A stretch of DNA of 57,727 nt, the filler included, from Bipalium vagum (taxonomy: Eukaryota): assembly GCA_037834085.1 (NCBI GenBank). It is 3 parts of 3 records of this genome, joined end to end, with 100 filler letters (N's around TTAATTAATTAA, not from the genome) between each part and the next. Parts side by side here need not be neighbours in the genome. Positions count along the whole stretch, not along the records: positions 23,694 to 40,243 come from JBBMKC010106115.1; 2 more parts are not named here. One strand, given 5' to 3'. The translations under genes were made by a program, and so were the position numbers. Below are positions 24,690 to 40,243 of the stretch, piece after piece. The stretch's first letter is position 1; every line of letters starts with the position of its first letter. Below the pieces are notes generated by a model, which searched no databases, was not told the DNA's origin, and worked only from the letters and a program-made list of their open reading frames with translations.

Positions 24690-27410
24690 CACTTCAGTCA
24701 TTCAATTCTCCTCGGTTTGATTTCTCTTGGACCTGTCAGCTTGTTTTTTGGCTTCTCAATCTTGGCTTGTTCATCCTTCGTTTGGTATTGAGAGCACACC
24801 ACATGGGAAATTCTGGATAGGCCATCAGCATTACTATGATTATAGCATTCTCTATACCTCAATTCATAATTGTATTCTGATAGATTGGCTAGCCAATTTT
24901 GAAAATGTGGACTAATTGGGTTCTTGGTGGTGTTCAATAACCAAAGCTTTGTGATCCGTTCTCACAATGAATTGTTTTCTATATAGATACCTCCAAAGCT
25001 TGAATCTGTATCCAATATAAAAGGACGATGTCTGCTTGGAAAACCCAGAATTAGTGTTTTTCATTACTTGTCATCCTTTAGTGCTTGGAAACTCTTCTGG
25101 CATTGTTCCGTCCAATGAAGCTGTTTATCGGCACCTGATATACCAGCGTATAATGGTGCTACTTTTTCGGCATAATGGGAAATAAAGCGTCGGTAATAGT
25201 TTTTTAAACAAAGAAATGATCTCAACTGAGAACTCAAAAACCAGGTGGTTTCGCTTTAACTATTTCTTCAATCTCCTTCTTGATAGTTCTAATTCCATCG
25301 GCACTCACTGTATGTCCCAGAAACACCAAATATCGTTGGTAAAATTGGCACTTTGATGGATTAACCTTCAATCCAATCTTAGCAATCCACTCCAAAACAA
25401 CCTCCAAAATACCATTGTGTTCTTTTTCTGCTGTACTGTATAATAGAACATCGTCTAAATATACTAGTCCGTTCTTGAACAGCAAACCGTCAACCAATTC
25501 ATGCATCAGTTTCTGAAAGGTAGCAGGTGCCGTTGCCAGTTCGAAAGGCATAGGTTGAAGCAAAATTGACCTTGTGTGGTGCTAATTTCTTTAATTGCTT
25601 TAGCATTATCCGTCAATTCCACCTGGTAATAGGCTTGGGCTAGATCTGATTACGAAAAATATTTCGAATCAACCAAGCAATCCAGCAGCATTTGCATGTC
25701 TGGCATCGGGAACGTGTATTTTTCTGTTATGGCGTTTACATGTCTGAAATTTACGCAAATTCGGATAGATCCCTCCTTTCCGACAACCACTAACAAGAAG
25801 TTCCATGCACTTTTGCATTTGGAAATGACAGTGGCATCTAAAAGGTGGGCCGGTGATGATTATGTCATGTTTAACCAATCTAGTGTGACCAATATCAAAT
25901 GAATGGGTCAATATCGTAATATATTTCTTAATGGCATACTGGTTTGATGGTTGAATGCCATAATTACTTGATTTCCCCTAATTTTGTCAGATATTTTCTT
26001 AATCAAGTCTGATGACTCAATATTATTTACCATACATAGTAGAATTTCAAAGTTCTTCATAAAATCGACACCTCCAATAAAGTCGGGCTGCAGCTTCTTC
26101 ACGACAATAATATCAACTTCGATCTCCTTTCCCTTCCAAAAGATTTTTTTCCTCCAGACGAAAATACGCCACTCAACAATTTTTCTTTTCACTAGACCTG
26201 AATTCCGAATTCAACAATTTTCGTTCATCGCAATAACTGAGGCTCGGGAATCCCACAACATTTTCATCTTCATGCCTCTTCATATAACTCCACTGTCAGC
26301 CATTATTTATCTCGAACATCTCAGCGTCTGACGTATTCCTATTTTGTGAGGATCTTAAAGGTTCAACCTCACAGACGAAATGTGTGCAGTTAGGTCGGCC
26401 TGTTTTTTTTTCATCAGATTCATAAGCATCTTCTTGGTTTCGTGAATCATCTTTTCCTTCATTATGAATGCACACCACGGATATTCTTGGAATTAGAGGA
26501 TTTGAGCGGAAAATGTGCCCATTTTTACCTCAAATCAGACATTTGTTTTTCAGTGGACGATGCGTTTGCACATAATTGTCACCACCGCAGATATTCATTT
26601 CGCGGTGCTGGAATACCTTTACATCTGTTGTAAAATCGTTTGACTATATGCTTGGTAGAAAATTGTGTAGCTTCTCGTTGCTCTGAATATGTTGGTTTAT
26701 CTTCTAGTCTTTATTGTCTTCTAAATCCGTCATCTCTTCCATATTCTTTCTGTGCTTCTTTAACTATAGGAGCAGATATAATTTTTTTCTTTTTCAGCAG
26801 CTATATTGTACGTAGATGTATCAACATGTTTTGACTGAAATTCTTTGAGAAATTTTCTTTGTACTGTTTCTTCAGAGCTTCTTTCTCTTTTGACATTGAC
26901 TTGAAATTCCTTCTTCTGATCCGTTTTTGATTCCCGTGTTTCATATAGTTTGGCCATAGCTCTGGTTCGACTTTTGCTTTCGGTTTTGAAACAAAAGCAT
27001 CTCGAAGTCCAGCGCTTCTAGCTAGTTTTGTTAAAAATTCGGTAATGATCTTGGAATAATCCAGAATTAAAGATGTCGTTCATTAGATTCCATAAACGAA
27101 TCTCAAAAGTTGCAAATCATTCATACGAATTTTGTCTAACTTCTTAATTCGCAAATTAAATCGATTATTGACTTCTTCTCCATAAACGTGTCAGCAAACC
27201 ACTTCTATTGTTGTTGCTTCTGTCTTGAAACTCTTCCATAAGGTTGAGGCTTTGTCGGATAATAGAAGTTCAAATACGCCTACCAGGCATAAATCATTTA
27301 TACTGAACCATTCCTCAATATCTTTCGTCTTCGTTAGAGCTTCCGCCTTTATATCGTCTGATTTGAAATCCCAAAATTTCCTGTGCGCTTTTTGGTAAAG
27401 CATTCAATAA
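24690..27410 (-). mobile_element. Degenerate Ty3/Gypsy LTR retrotransposon (gag-protease-RT-RNase H; integrase absent)
   Basis: Gag-like fragments; protease-like WDSRAS and DFIGGVDF; RT MPFELATAPATFQKLM...VYLDDVL...GLKVNPSKC..FLGH; RNase H RTDHKAL and WLANLSEYNYELRYR..HSNADGLSR. Confidence 0.88.
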
Positions 27411-27599
27411 AATAGCTTTAAGGAGACTCAAGTATTATTTTGCAAACAATGGTATTTCACTGAAAGCATAATTTAACACCGACCATGATAAAGAAGAGAC
27501 TAGTTTGGGTACTGAAATACAAAGACTACGGAGACACACTTTGGTCAAGATTAAATAAAAATTAATTTCTACAAAACGATTTTCATTAAATCGGTTTAA

Positions 27600-30500
27600 T
27601 TTCTTACGTTTAATATTTTTGTTTGAGGTTATTTTAATGGCCAGGTACTGTAATTTAAATAATGATCAACTTAATTTAATTACTAATTAAACTTCTAAAA
27701 ATTCTTTATCTAATAATATTGAAGATAATGATACCACATTTTTGAATATTGCTTTGAATCCTTTTGATAATAATATTAATTTCATAAGTCCTGACCTTTT
27801 CAGCCAAATTATAAATTTTAAAAAAGTCAATAACGAGTGAGAAATTTCCAATACTTTAGAAGAAATTTCTCTCTGACTCCAAAAATGATGAAACTAAACT
27901 TGATGGGAATGAATTGAATTCTTTATCTGCTACCATTATCTCTAAGTATTCCCTTGAACTCTCTATCAATAATTTAAATCTTTATGCTGGTGGTAATCAA
28001 GAAATTACTCTCTACACGACTATTTGCCTTGGTAAGATAAAATGCAACAAACAGCCGTATCTGATCCAAAAAACAATTACTCATTCTTTAAAAAAGCATT
28101 GAGTTTTCCACCTTTCTTTGCTTCTATGGTGTAGTGCTTACCAAACAATTGTTCTATACTCACATAAGCCTCCATCCACAATAAATCTCTTCATCAATTC
28201 CATCCATACAAAATCTCTCTGATATTTCTGCATTGAAATCAACTGACTCTCTAAGCTGACCATTGAGCCTGCATACGGACCAAAACCCTTGACTCTGCTA
28301 AAATCATCTTTATAAGACCTGATCCTGCGATGACCCTTGCCCGAAACCTTCATGACCAATTCTATAAACTACTTCCCAACTGGCTGACTAGAAAATTATT
28401 TTATGGCCATTTCACTGAAATGATCAACATTGGATTCTTTATATTGCCGATAAAGAGAGACACCAAAAATTTCTTTTAGACCCCTTTTCTCCAGATTTAA
28501 GTCATAATTAAACTTCTTTTCATAACTTATTAAATAGAATAATCACCTCACTATCTTATCCCGCTAATGAACTATGTCTTTTCCATTCTTTCATTAAAAA
28601 TTTCCTATTTCAAAATAAGAATACAGACTGTAGACTTTTTATATGCAGATATGCAATAGATTTTTCTGAAATTAATAATTAATAATATTAGGTAAGTCAG
28701 AAAGTAACCTCGTTTTTATCACAAAATTTTATTTTACAAATTTTTACATTTAAATTTAAACCAAGCATTTCATCCTTTTTTCAAAGAACGAGGAAGATTT
28801 AGAGTCAATAAATGATTGGATCTCTTTTTTGATCTGATCTTCATTTTGAAATCTTTTTCCAGACAAGAAGTTCTGCAAAGCTCTGAAGAGGTGAAAATCT
28901 GTTGGAGTAATGTCTGGGCTATATGGTAGATAACCCATAACTTCCCAAGTCTTTAATTTTTTTAGATGTGGCCTGGCATTGTCCTGGTGAAAAATGATAT
29001 CTTTTTACTTGACTAAAGTTGGACGAATTTTAATCAAATTCTCATTTAATTTGTCCAATTGATCACAGTATTTGTTGCTATCAATTGTCTGGCTTGATTC
29101 AAGCGATTCCCAATAGATTACCCCACGAGAATTCCATCAAATGCAAAGCATAGCTTTTTTAGGATGGAGACCTGGTTTTTGTGTTGGAATCGGGCTTTCA
29201 CCTGGAAATAACCATTGCTTTTGTCTTTTGGGATTGTGGTACTGAATTCAGTTTTCGTCCCCCGTGGCAATACGTTGAAGAAACAGATCACTGTTGCTTT
29301 TGAGAATCAGTGATTGACAAACAGATAGTCTAACAGCTTTATTTTTTTCGGTCAATTTATGGAATACCCAGACATCTGCCTTATATGACTTTCCAATCAT
29401 ATGTAAGTGGGTCTTAACTGTAGTAGAACTACAGTCGAGGGTTTTTGACATCTGTTGAGTCGTTAATCGTGGATATCTACTTATAAGTTCTTCCAATAAT
29501 ACGTCGCCAGTCGTTGGTGGACGTCCACTTCTTTCATTATATATGAATATTAATGGCGAATATAAAAATTATAATCTAAAAAATAAATATGATTTCTTAT
29601 ACTTCAAATATTGCGCTTTAAATATTTATATATCAATATTATTAAAACAACAATGAAATTGTCAATATTTAGCAATTAATTTTAAAAAATTAGAAAAACG
29701 AGGATACTTTCTGAGTAACCTAAAAATTTTTAAATAATATAATTAACTTAAAAGTTAATCATAATAAAAATAATTATAATAATGATAAAAATAATAATTC
29801 AAAATCTGACTTCAATTTAATGCACCCGCTCTTAACGGAAACATTAAGCCTAATTAATTATGAAAATCCAAATATTACTCAACTATTAAATGTTGGACGT
29901 AGAGCAATTAATAATTTATACCCCGATATATTTAAGATCAAAATCAACAAGTCCCAAGCGTACTTAAATAGTAATAATGACTCAATAGTAAGGCTTAGAA
30001 ATAACTATAAGCAAAAAACTCCAAACCTTCGAGCTCTCCATCATCCTTCCCAACTCTCGATAATATTATTACTTTCTTCTCTAAAGCCGTCCCAAAACCA
30101 ATTAATAAATCTTATCTCACCAAACTGAAAAACTTACCTAATTCTGAAGACACTACGACTTCTATAACAATCTCCATGATTGAATTAGAGATAGCCTTTA
30201 AAATATCCAAACTTTCTACCCTTGGATCTGATGGACTAACTTTCAACGACTAGAAAACTATTGATCCAAATCATGATTACCTCCTTAAAATATTTAACCT
30301 TATTCTTCAACATAAGATAATTCCAGATCAGTGGAAAAAATTTAGAACTCTTTAATCTTAAGACCACAGAAATACAATCAATCCAACCTTATTTCTTTAT
30401 GGAGGCCCATCTCTATCCTCGATGTCAGATATAGAATTTTTACTGCTATCCTTAATAATCGTTTTCTTGAATGGATCAAAAAATCAAGCCTCATATCACT

Positions 30501-31400
30501 AAACCAAAAAACCCTCCTTTCACATGATGTATGCTTAAAGTACAATTCCAACTTAAGAAGCCTTCTGGAAAGAATTAAACTAGACAATCCTGAACTAGTG
30601 GCTCGATCTAGCTGAAGCTTTTGGAAGTATTCCTCAAGAGCTTATCTAATTGCTTCTTAGTAAGATGTGATGTTCCTCTGAAACCATTAATCTTATAAAT
30701 TACTCTATAAAGAAGTTAAAACCATGTATCAATGTCATACTCTCTTCTCGCCTGAAATAAAGATCTTATGTAGAGTTTGACAAGGCTGTCTCTTCTTATG
30801 ACTCTTTTCTGTCTCACTCTAGAACCCTTGCTTCAAAAAATTGCTTCCATAGAAAAAATAGACTATAAGTGATGTTTAATTTACTATCTTTGCATATACA
30901 GATAATCTGGTTATCTTTGGAACTGACTCTAAACAAATTAAATCAATTTTAGATAATCTCATCAATTTGACAAATTCATTTAACATCCAGACTAGCTAAA
31001 TATAGTTATTTCACGAATAAGCTGGAAAATAGAATAGATCTAAAATTATATGATGATATTATCCCAAAGATGTATGAGCAAAATACTTATTTATACTTAG
31101 GAGTCCCATTTGGCCAACCAAGACAACAAAATATTGATCATATATTTTATGAAATTTTAAAAGATTTTAATTTAATTTGTGACTCTGATCTTCACCCGAC
31201 TCAAAAAATTAATTGTTATAAAACTTTTCTTGAACCTAGCTTAGGGTTCTATTTTTCTAAGAAGATTATTAATACTCTGACTTTATTATCAAAAAGCCAA
31301 AATTAAGCTAAGGGTAAGGATAAGAATCATGGCTTTGATGAGAAGATTAGGAAAATAATTAATAAAATCGTCCAATATCTCGTAATAATTATAGATCAAA
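27600..31400 (+). mobile_element. Degenerate NeSL-like (early-branching) non-LTR retrotransposon: Ulp1 protease plus RT, interrupted by a mariner
   Basis: DQHWILYIAD...LLDP and NTDCRLFICRY (Ulp1 His/Asp/Cys region, ~28400-28655). RT motifs GSDGL, IPDQWK, WRPISILDVRYRIF, LDLAEAFGSI, RQG, FAYTDNLVI and YLYLGVPFG. Confidence 0.8.
28688..29723 (-). mobile_element. Mariner (DD34D-type) element with TIRs, inactive, internally deleted
   Basis: TIRs TTAGGTAAGTCAGAAAGTAACCTCGTTTT / AAAACGAGGATACTTTCTGAGTAACCTAA. Motifs RSGRP, WVFHKL, ATGDE, HQDNARPH and PYSPDITPTDFHLF. Confidence 0.9.
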
Positions 31401-32303
31401 AGGACAATGCTAATTAATTAAAGAATTCAATCTACACTAGGAAGAATGTAGACGCCATGAAAAAAAAATATCAAATTTGGTAGATGACGAAAATGTAAAT
31501 TATTTTTTCTTCTTTTTTGGCTCCGACTTCCATAGAGGTAACTTTGATTTGTCTATTATTAAATTCAACAACCTACCTTCTTCATAAATATGTTAGCAAA
31601 ACGGAAATTCTATTTTTAGATTTTTTTCTCCCATATAATTTATTCCTTTGATTCCCAATGTTTCATCAGGCAACATTTGGACAAAAATAATAGTAGTCAT
31701 TTGACTGTTTTAAAGTATATCCAAGAATTCTACTGATGAATTCCGAAATAACATTACCACTACAAAATTCATTAATATCATATCTTAATCAACACTTACT
31801 TTTAAGTTTACCGTTCCCCTTATTTTTAAAAATTATCGTTTTATAACTAAATTTTTACCATATTGCTGTATTCTAATATATTTCAATATCTGGACAGTTT
31901 TCCATCTCATTACATTAATTCCAGACCATGCGTCCAAGAGAATATCAATTTCAAATTTTCATTCAAATTGATGTTTCTTCACATGTTTGCAAAGATATAT
32001 GCAAAATTTAAATGATTATGAGGAGTCTAATTTAAATATTCGATATTATAACGAATCGGATCAATATTCTGGATTCACCATAATGATCTTGGGTTAATTT
32101 ATTCTTGAATAACCAACATTAAAGCATGTATATTAGGACTTAATTAGTCTTTTGACTACATTAAAAGATGAATTTTTGTTTACTGAAGAAAAATACACTG
32201 TCTTTTCTTTTTAGTTCTAATATTTGCATGATTTATCAAATTTTCAGATCATCAAATTAATGAATAAACTAATCAGGTTTTTGCTTTATTGCGGGTTGTT
32301 ATA

Positions 32304-33682
32304 CAGTGGTTTGCCAAATTTATGTGGACATCATATTATTTTGCTAAATTTTAACTCTCAGAATTGTTTTTGGAATAGAAAGTAAGAAATTTATTGAAAT
32401 TTTGTTGATAACAGTTTTCGGCGATGTTAAAAAGTATTGTACAAAGAAGGATATCTTTCCAGAAAAAAATTATATATTAAAGCATTGCTTAATCATATTA
32501 CCAAATTTGTGCGAGAAATATCATCTATTCCGGGTGATTGAAAATCATTGGCAAGTAAATTGAAGGTAAAAATGCAAGAGAAACAACCATTAGTGACTAA
32601 TCGAATCGATTAGTATGAACGATATTGCATCGCTACAGTTTTTACTGGTCGTAAGCTAAGAGATATATGCATATCAAGCAGATTCCAAAGTGTAGCCAGA
32701 CTTACCACCTTGGCGAATATTGAAGAAATAAACATTTCAAAGAGAACTGTTCAAAAGAGATTGGCTGAGGTATTGGTTATTGTGGTAATTGGTTATTGTC
32801 CAACTGTAAAGTCATATCTTACCAATGCTATGAAAAGAAAACCTTTTCAAAGGATCAAAACATAACAGAGATGGACTTTAACCGATTGGAATAAAGTTAT
32901 ATTTTAGATAAAATTTTAAAATGTAAAAACTGACAAAATTTAATATTTAAAGGCTTGCTTTTTCAATGAAGCAATTTTTCATATCCTCGATACTTGAAGG
33001 AATTTTTAATGCGGCACTGCAAATGGGGAAGGTATCATTCTGATTACATAACAGATAGGGTTAAACACATCCTCTGTTATGGTTTGGTCATGTATTTCTA
33101 GTAAAGACATGGATTTCCTTTATACAATCCATGGGACACTTAAACAAGACTAGTACAAGGAAATCCTGAATTGTCACCTGTTATCTCAACTGGAATTATA
33201 GTACCTAGATAGATAAGAATCATTTTTCATGCATGATTTAGCTATATACCATAAATTTCGATCAGTTACAGAGTTACTAGGACAAAACATGTTCAAATTT
33301 TGCAATGGCTAGGAAATTTTCCGGATATGAACACCATTGAAAACTTATGGGAGATGACTAAATGGGAATTAGCAAATTATCTGATAAAAAATAAGGAAAA
33401 TCTTATATCAAAGTTGACTCGAGTTTTGAATCAATCAGAGAAATTTTAATTATTAAATTGTTTATTAATACCATACCCTGGTGGTATTACAAAATATTGA
33501 ATTAACTAATTATTTCTCTTTTGGACTTTGTTTATGATTTCATAGTCATTTTAACATTTTTATACAATTACTTACTAGTATTATTGTATTTAACACTATA
33601 GTGACTTAATTTAAGCTTAAACTGTTCGTAGTGGTTTCGTAACGAAAAATTTATTTATCCACAATAATTTCTCAACCTATTG
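32304..33682 (+). mobile_element. Degenerate Tc1-like (DD34E) element
   Basis: TA-flanked imperfect TIRs CAGTGGTTTGCCAAATTTATGTGGA / TCCACAATAATTTCTCAACCTATTG. Motifs ISKRTVQKRL, DWNK, VMVWSCIS, FMHDLA and WLGNFPDMNTIENLW. Confidence 0.8.
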
Positions 33683-34846
33683 TATATTAACCATTCAATA
33701 CAAATGTATGATAGTATCAAATTGTATCAAATATAAATCCACTCTTCTTATTGGTTATAGGTAGTATAATATCTGAGCTTTCAACTCTTATATATAAGTT
33801 TTATCTGAAATTATTAATTATTTAAATTGGTTAGATATTATAAAGGTTGATTAACGTTTAGCCCTATTATTCACTTAATTCAAGATAAAGTTTTATTTGG
33901 TTAGAAATTAAGAGGCAACTGAATATATAATAAATTAAAAAAGAATTATTTTATTTTACGGAAGAGGCAGTAGAGTACTCCTTAATATTCTGATTCAAAT
34001 TATCCACAGGCATTTAAAAATTAGGCAAAAGCATATGGTGAAAATTGGGAAACAGGCAGATGATAACATGGTTATAAGGTCATAATAAAGAAGGACTACT
34101 TTTGTAAGTACCAATATAATAGCGTTATAATAATTCTGGGAATTTATGGGACTAAGAGTAATGAATTGATGGTTAGAAAAATTCATAAGTCTGAGATCCA
34201 GATTGTTACAACAAAATGATGAACAGAAAGTCAATTATATTGGTCTTCGTGTTAATCAATTGCAAAAAACGTAAGCTGAAATCTTCTGAGGTAGAATACT
34301 AGTGAAGTCTTAAAATTGAGGATTCGAGCTAACCTACAATGATTGCATTTAATTATATTAATTAATCATATAGACAATGTGACTTAGTGCAACATAAGAT
34401 AATTGTAATTGTCCATAATGTCAAATTAAAATACAACTTACGCAGAAATGCATCATTTTTTGTGATTTTAGGTATTTCTTAAATAAGCAAATAACATAAA
34501 AAACCCAAAATAGACTACTTTAATAAATAGATCTTAAATTAAATTTAAGTTTTCAAAAATTTAAATTTAATGTTCAATTGCTGAAAATAAAAAAATTAAG
34601 TTTCTCACAAAAAGGATATTTAAAAATTAAATTAATTAAATTTTGTAATTAAAAATTAGTTTTTTGATTTTATATAACATAAAGGGATCGAAGATTTCTT
34701 AATACAAAAAAAATTTGTCAATATAATAATATTTGAAAAATACAATCAATTTATTGATTACAACTATTATAAATATTATAATTTTTCTTTATTGTTTTAA
34801 TAAGTGATTCTTTATAGTTCATTCTATATTCCATTTCCGAAACAAA

Positions 34847-36222
<1,376 letters not shown>

Positions 36223-36745
36223 ATTTTTTAATAAATGGACCATTTTTTGTAGTATTGATTCATTAATTACATAATCTTGGTGTTTAGTTTTATGTAACTT
36301 CGTTTCGTTTTTTCTTTGACCCAGTATTACGTAAATCTTTTCATAACAAAAATTCTTTAAATTTTAGTATTTTTTAGATTATTGATTAAATTTTTGCTTT
36401 CAGTATGTTTTTTAAGGCGACGTAGATCAAAGTAATGTATTAATATGTAAATTTAAAGTTTTTAAAATCATTTTTGTCCAGTTTGTAGCACCTGCTTGTT
36501 CAAATAAAAGTAAAGGAAATTTTACACTAATAGAAATGATTTTTAGGCCTAAGAATTATGAATAATTCTTGTCCTAAGATTTAGGTGAATACAGGATATG
36601 ATTAACTGATGTACAGAATGTAGAATTTTTATGTAAACAATAGAATAATCAATAAAATTTTCTTAGAGATTTAATAAACAATGGCCTGTTTAATATTCAT
36701 GTTTTTAAAATAATATCTGTATGAAATGTTTCTAAACTTGTATTG

Positions 36746-37996
36746 TTCTATTCCAGAAATAATTGTTTTTCAGGTTTTCCACAAGAACTTTCATATATTA
36801 GAATGTTAGTTGAAATTAAAAAATAATATTTTGGTTTCAGTTAAGTTTAGTTAATGATCGATAGTATCGTACAATAGTAATATTGATTTGAAATTTAATG
36901 ATTGTTTTCTGACATCTTAAAGAATTTAAATTATTTTATTTTGTACCTGAGACGAAGGGTTGGTTGGTATTAATCATGAACGTTTGCGTAATTTGTCTGT
37001 ATGCATGTATTCCTGTATGTCTTCATGATTTACATGGCAAAAATGTACACATCTATTATATAATCACTCTTGGTGTTAGGTAAATAGTTAATATGAGTCG
37101 AATTCCAATATAAAGGTAGCTTATATAACATTGCACACTGACTTCATCTTAGTAAAAATCCTCCATGTTTCAGTGAGTGCGTGTTTAATAAACTTATTTT
37201 TCTTTGTGACGAAGCATGCAGTGTGGTTGTGTGTGTTCGAACTTTTACAAGTGGTCGTCGCAGTGGTATGGATTTCCTTGCTGACTTCACTTCTTGCCAG
37301 GGAGACCGCATTGATCATTCGAGCAAATATTATCATTCACTTATTCCTTTTACTCTTTACATTAATCTTTACATTTCTATTCCAGAAATAATTGTTTTTC
37401 AGGTTTTCCACAAGAACTTTCATATATTAGAATGTTAGTTGAAATTAAAAAATAATATTTTGGTTTCAGTTAAGTTTAGTTAATGATCGATAGTATCGTA
37501 CAATAGTAATATTGATTTGAAATTTAATGATTGTTTTCTGACATCTTAAAGAATTTAAATTATTTTATTTTGTACCTGAGACGAAGGGTTGGTTGGTATT
37601 AATCATGAACGTTTGCGTAATTTGTCTGTATGCATGTATTCCTGTATGTCTTCATGATTTACATGGCAAAAATGTACACATCTATTATATAATCACTCTT
37701 GGTGTTAGGTAAATAGTTAATATGAGTCGAATTCCAATATAAAGGTAGCTTATATAACATTGCACACTGACTTCATCTTAGTAAAAATCCTCCATGTTTC
37801 AGTGAGTGCGTGTTTAATAAACTTATTTTTCTTTGTGACGAAGCATGCAGTGTGGTTGTGTGTGTTCGAACTTTTACAAGTGGTCGTCGCAGTGGTATGG
37901 ATTTCCTTGCTGACTTCACTTCTTGCCAGGGAGACCGCATTGATCATTCGAGCAAATATTATCATTCACTTATTCCTTTTACTCTTTACATTAATC
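36746..37996. repeat. Apparently perfect tandem duplication, 622 bp x 2 (36746-37367, 37375-37996)
   Basis: Identical ORFs recur at offset 629, with a 7-nt TTTACAT insert at the junction. Confidence 0.93.
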
Positions 37997-40243
37997 ATAA
38001 ATATCACATTTCAATCTTTTCTCTTTTCGTTTTCGTAATTAAATGTATATATTATAAATTATAAAATACGTATTGTCTCTTGCGCTGCTCGATGAGGACA
38101 TTTATTTACCTTCAAATTATGAAAATATAAAAAATAAAGTACAGCCGCCTTTACTAAAAGTCGAAGTGAAATGTTTCATTAAAATATATTTACAAAATAA
38201 AAATGAACAATAACTACAAAATTTCGACATATTTCTATTTCAATTTCTAAAGTATTCAAACGAGATCTTATCACCTCGGGGACCGGGAACTCACAAAGGT
38301 ACCACAAATAATGTCTTCAGAATCGCTTATTTCGTTACAGAGCTCAAAGCTTCTGGACAGATAAAATAAAAATTGATGTTCTCTGAATAAAACATTTAAA
38401 CTAGTCCATATATTACTTTTGGGACAATGAACTCACAAAGAATTTCTTCGGATACCTTTATGTCATTCCCAAAGAAGCTTAATAGAATTCAACTGTTATG
38501 GTCAGATTAAAGGAGAGCGTGTTAGTCTAAAGACATTTTCGATGAGAGATACAAATTTATAACTCAATCGTTAAGAAACACTGGAAATAATTTATCTCAG
38601 TCATTTAAAATATTTTTCATAGAAATGTCAATCAAAAGGTCTGAGTCCAGAATTTGAATCCATTGTCCATTTGTATACGGACAGTTTGAACCAACTTTTA
38701 TCCACTTCATTTTTTGTTTTATTTGACACCATAAACGAACTGAGTTCGATATCAATTGAATTCTTCGTAAAAATGAAGAGATTTTGAATTTTGAATTTTT
38801 GAAATAAATTTTTTATGATTCCTTTGTTCCCTAATGATAATACCATAACATTCTAAATGATTACAGAAAATTATATCTAAAATAATAATATTAATATGGA
38901 TATTATTGAACTGTAATTATCTCCCGGTCAAAATCATATTTTTATTTTGTTGATGGGCTATTGATGAATAAATATTCATATCATTTCGTTGGTTGCAAGG
39001 TTCAGAATAGTCAATAATTAAAAATTAATGGGGCATCAATTACTGATCAAAAAAGTTATATCATTATAAAAGATTAAATAAATATAAAGTATTGATTAAA
39101 ACAAATTATTGCAATTAGCAATTAAAGATAAGTAAGGTTTATTTTAATGAAAAAATCTAAATCATATGAGCACTGGATTCGGACAAAGGGACCTACCAAA
39201 ATAATTTGTGGGAAAAGAAAAACAAGAAGACTCAGTAATAATTGCAATAATAAACTATTATTAATAATTATGTTACGCTATTAAATCAATATACAAACTT
39301 TTCATAAAACTAAGCTCGTAACTTTTACTGACCCCTTCACTTCTGTGAAAACATGTTTGCAAATGAATGAATCAAAACAACTACGAATAAAACCTTATTT
39401 CGACTATCACAAATACAATGCTGATCACACAATCTTAAATGTTAAATGTCTCAATGTTCACGCTAAAACGATACTAAAAAATCTAAAATAATAATAACAA
39501 CAACCAATCAATAAAATTAATTAATTAAATTTAAAATGTCAATGAAATATTTAATTAATAAAATAAATGTTAATTTTTAAACAAAAAAAAGAAAACAATC
39601 AAAACAATTCTCACCGATCCCGTAGACGACAGGGTTGTTTGCTGAGGTCGATTCGTTTCGCTCTGAAACATCCTAGCAGCGAGGACCCATCGTTAGCTCC
39701 TGTCACATAAATGAGGACATAATCATGATATTCATTGATAAATAAATTTTTCTTGTGGCAGTTTTCTTCCGACGTAACAGATTTCTTTCAACACAATAAT
39801 TTAAAATTCTGGAAGGAGTTTTTGAGGCAATCCACTGCGGATTCCAACTTCATTTATACTGGTCAGACGAATAATCAATCGTAGTCCAGTTTTCCTAATA
39901 CTGAATGTCAATTCCTGTTTTGATCAATTAATTCTAAATCGGCTTCGCAGATAATTTTAACAGATAATTTTAAAAAGGGTTAAAAAGGAATGTGTCCTTG
40001 GCTAATCCAACAATTATAAAGGAATAATAATTATCATCATAATAAAAAATACTAATAATAACATTAATTTTTTTTCTTGATTAATGTGCCACTCAGGGTA
40101 ATTTAAGATTATTTTTTTAGAAAGTTCCCCATTTGAGGCGCTTTTATCTTCAGTGCGCGTAAAAAATCTGTTCACCCCCTATCAAAAATACTAATTTTGA
40201 TATATATTTCAATTTAATTATAAATAGTTGTTTAAATATTAAC

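Noticed and set aside
31733-31760. CTGATGA-ATTCC-GAAA hammerhead core
   Set aside because: Stems I and III and the UH cleavage site cannot be formed.
31450-32200. Possible pogo/DDE_1 remnant (LLDAWSG on the minus strand)
   Set aside because: A single short motif with no TIRs or other catalytic motifs found.
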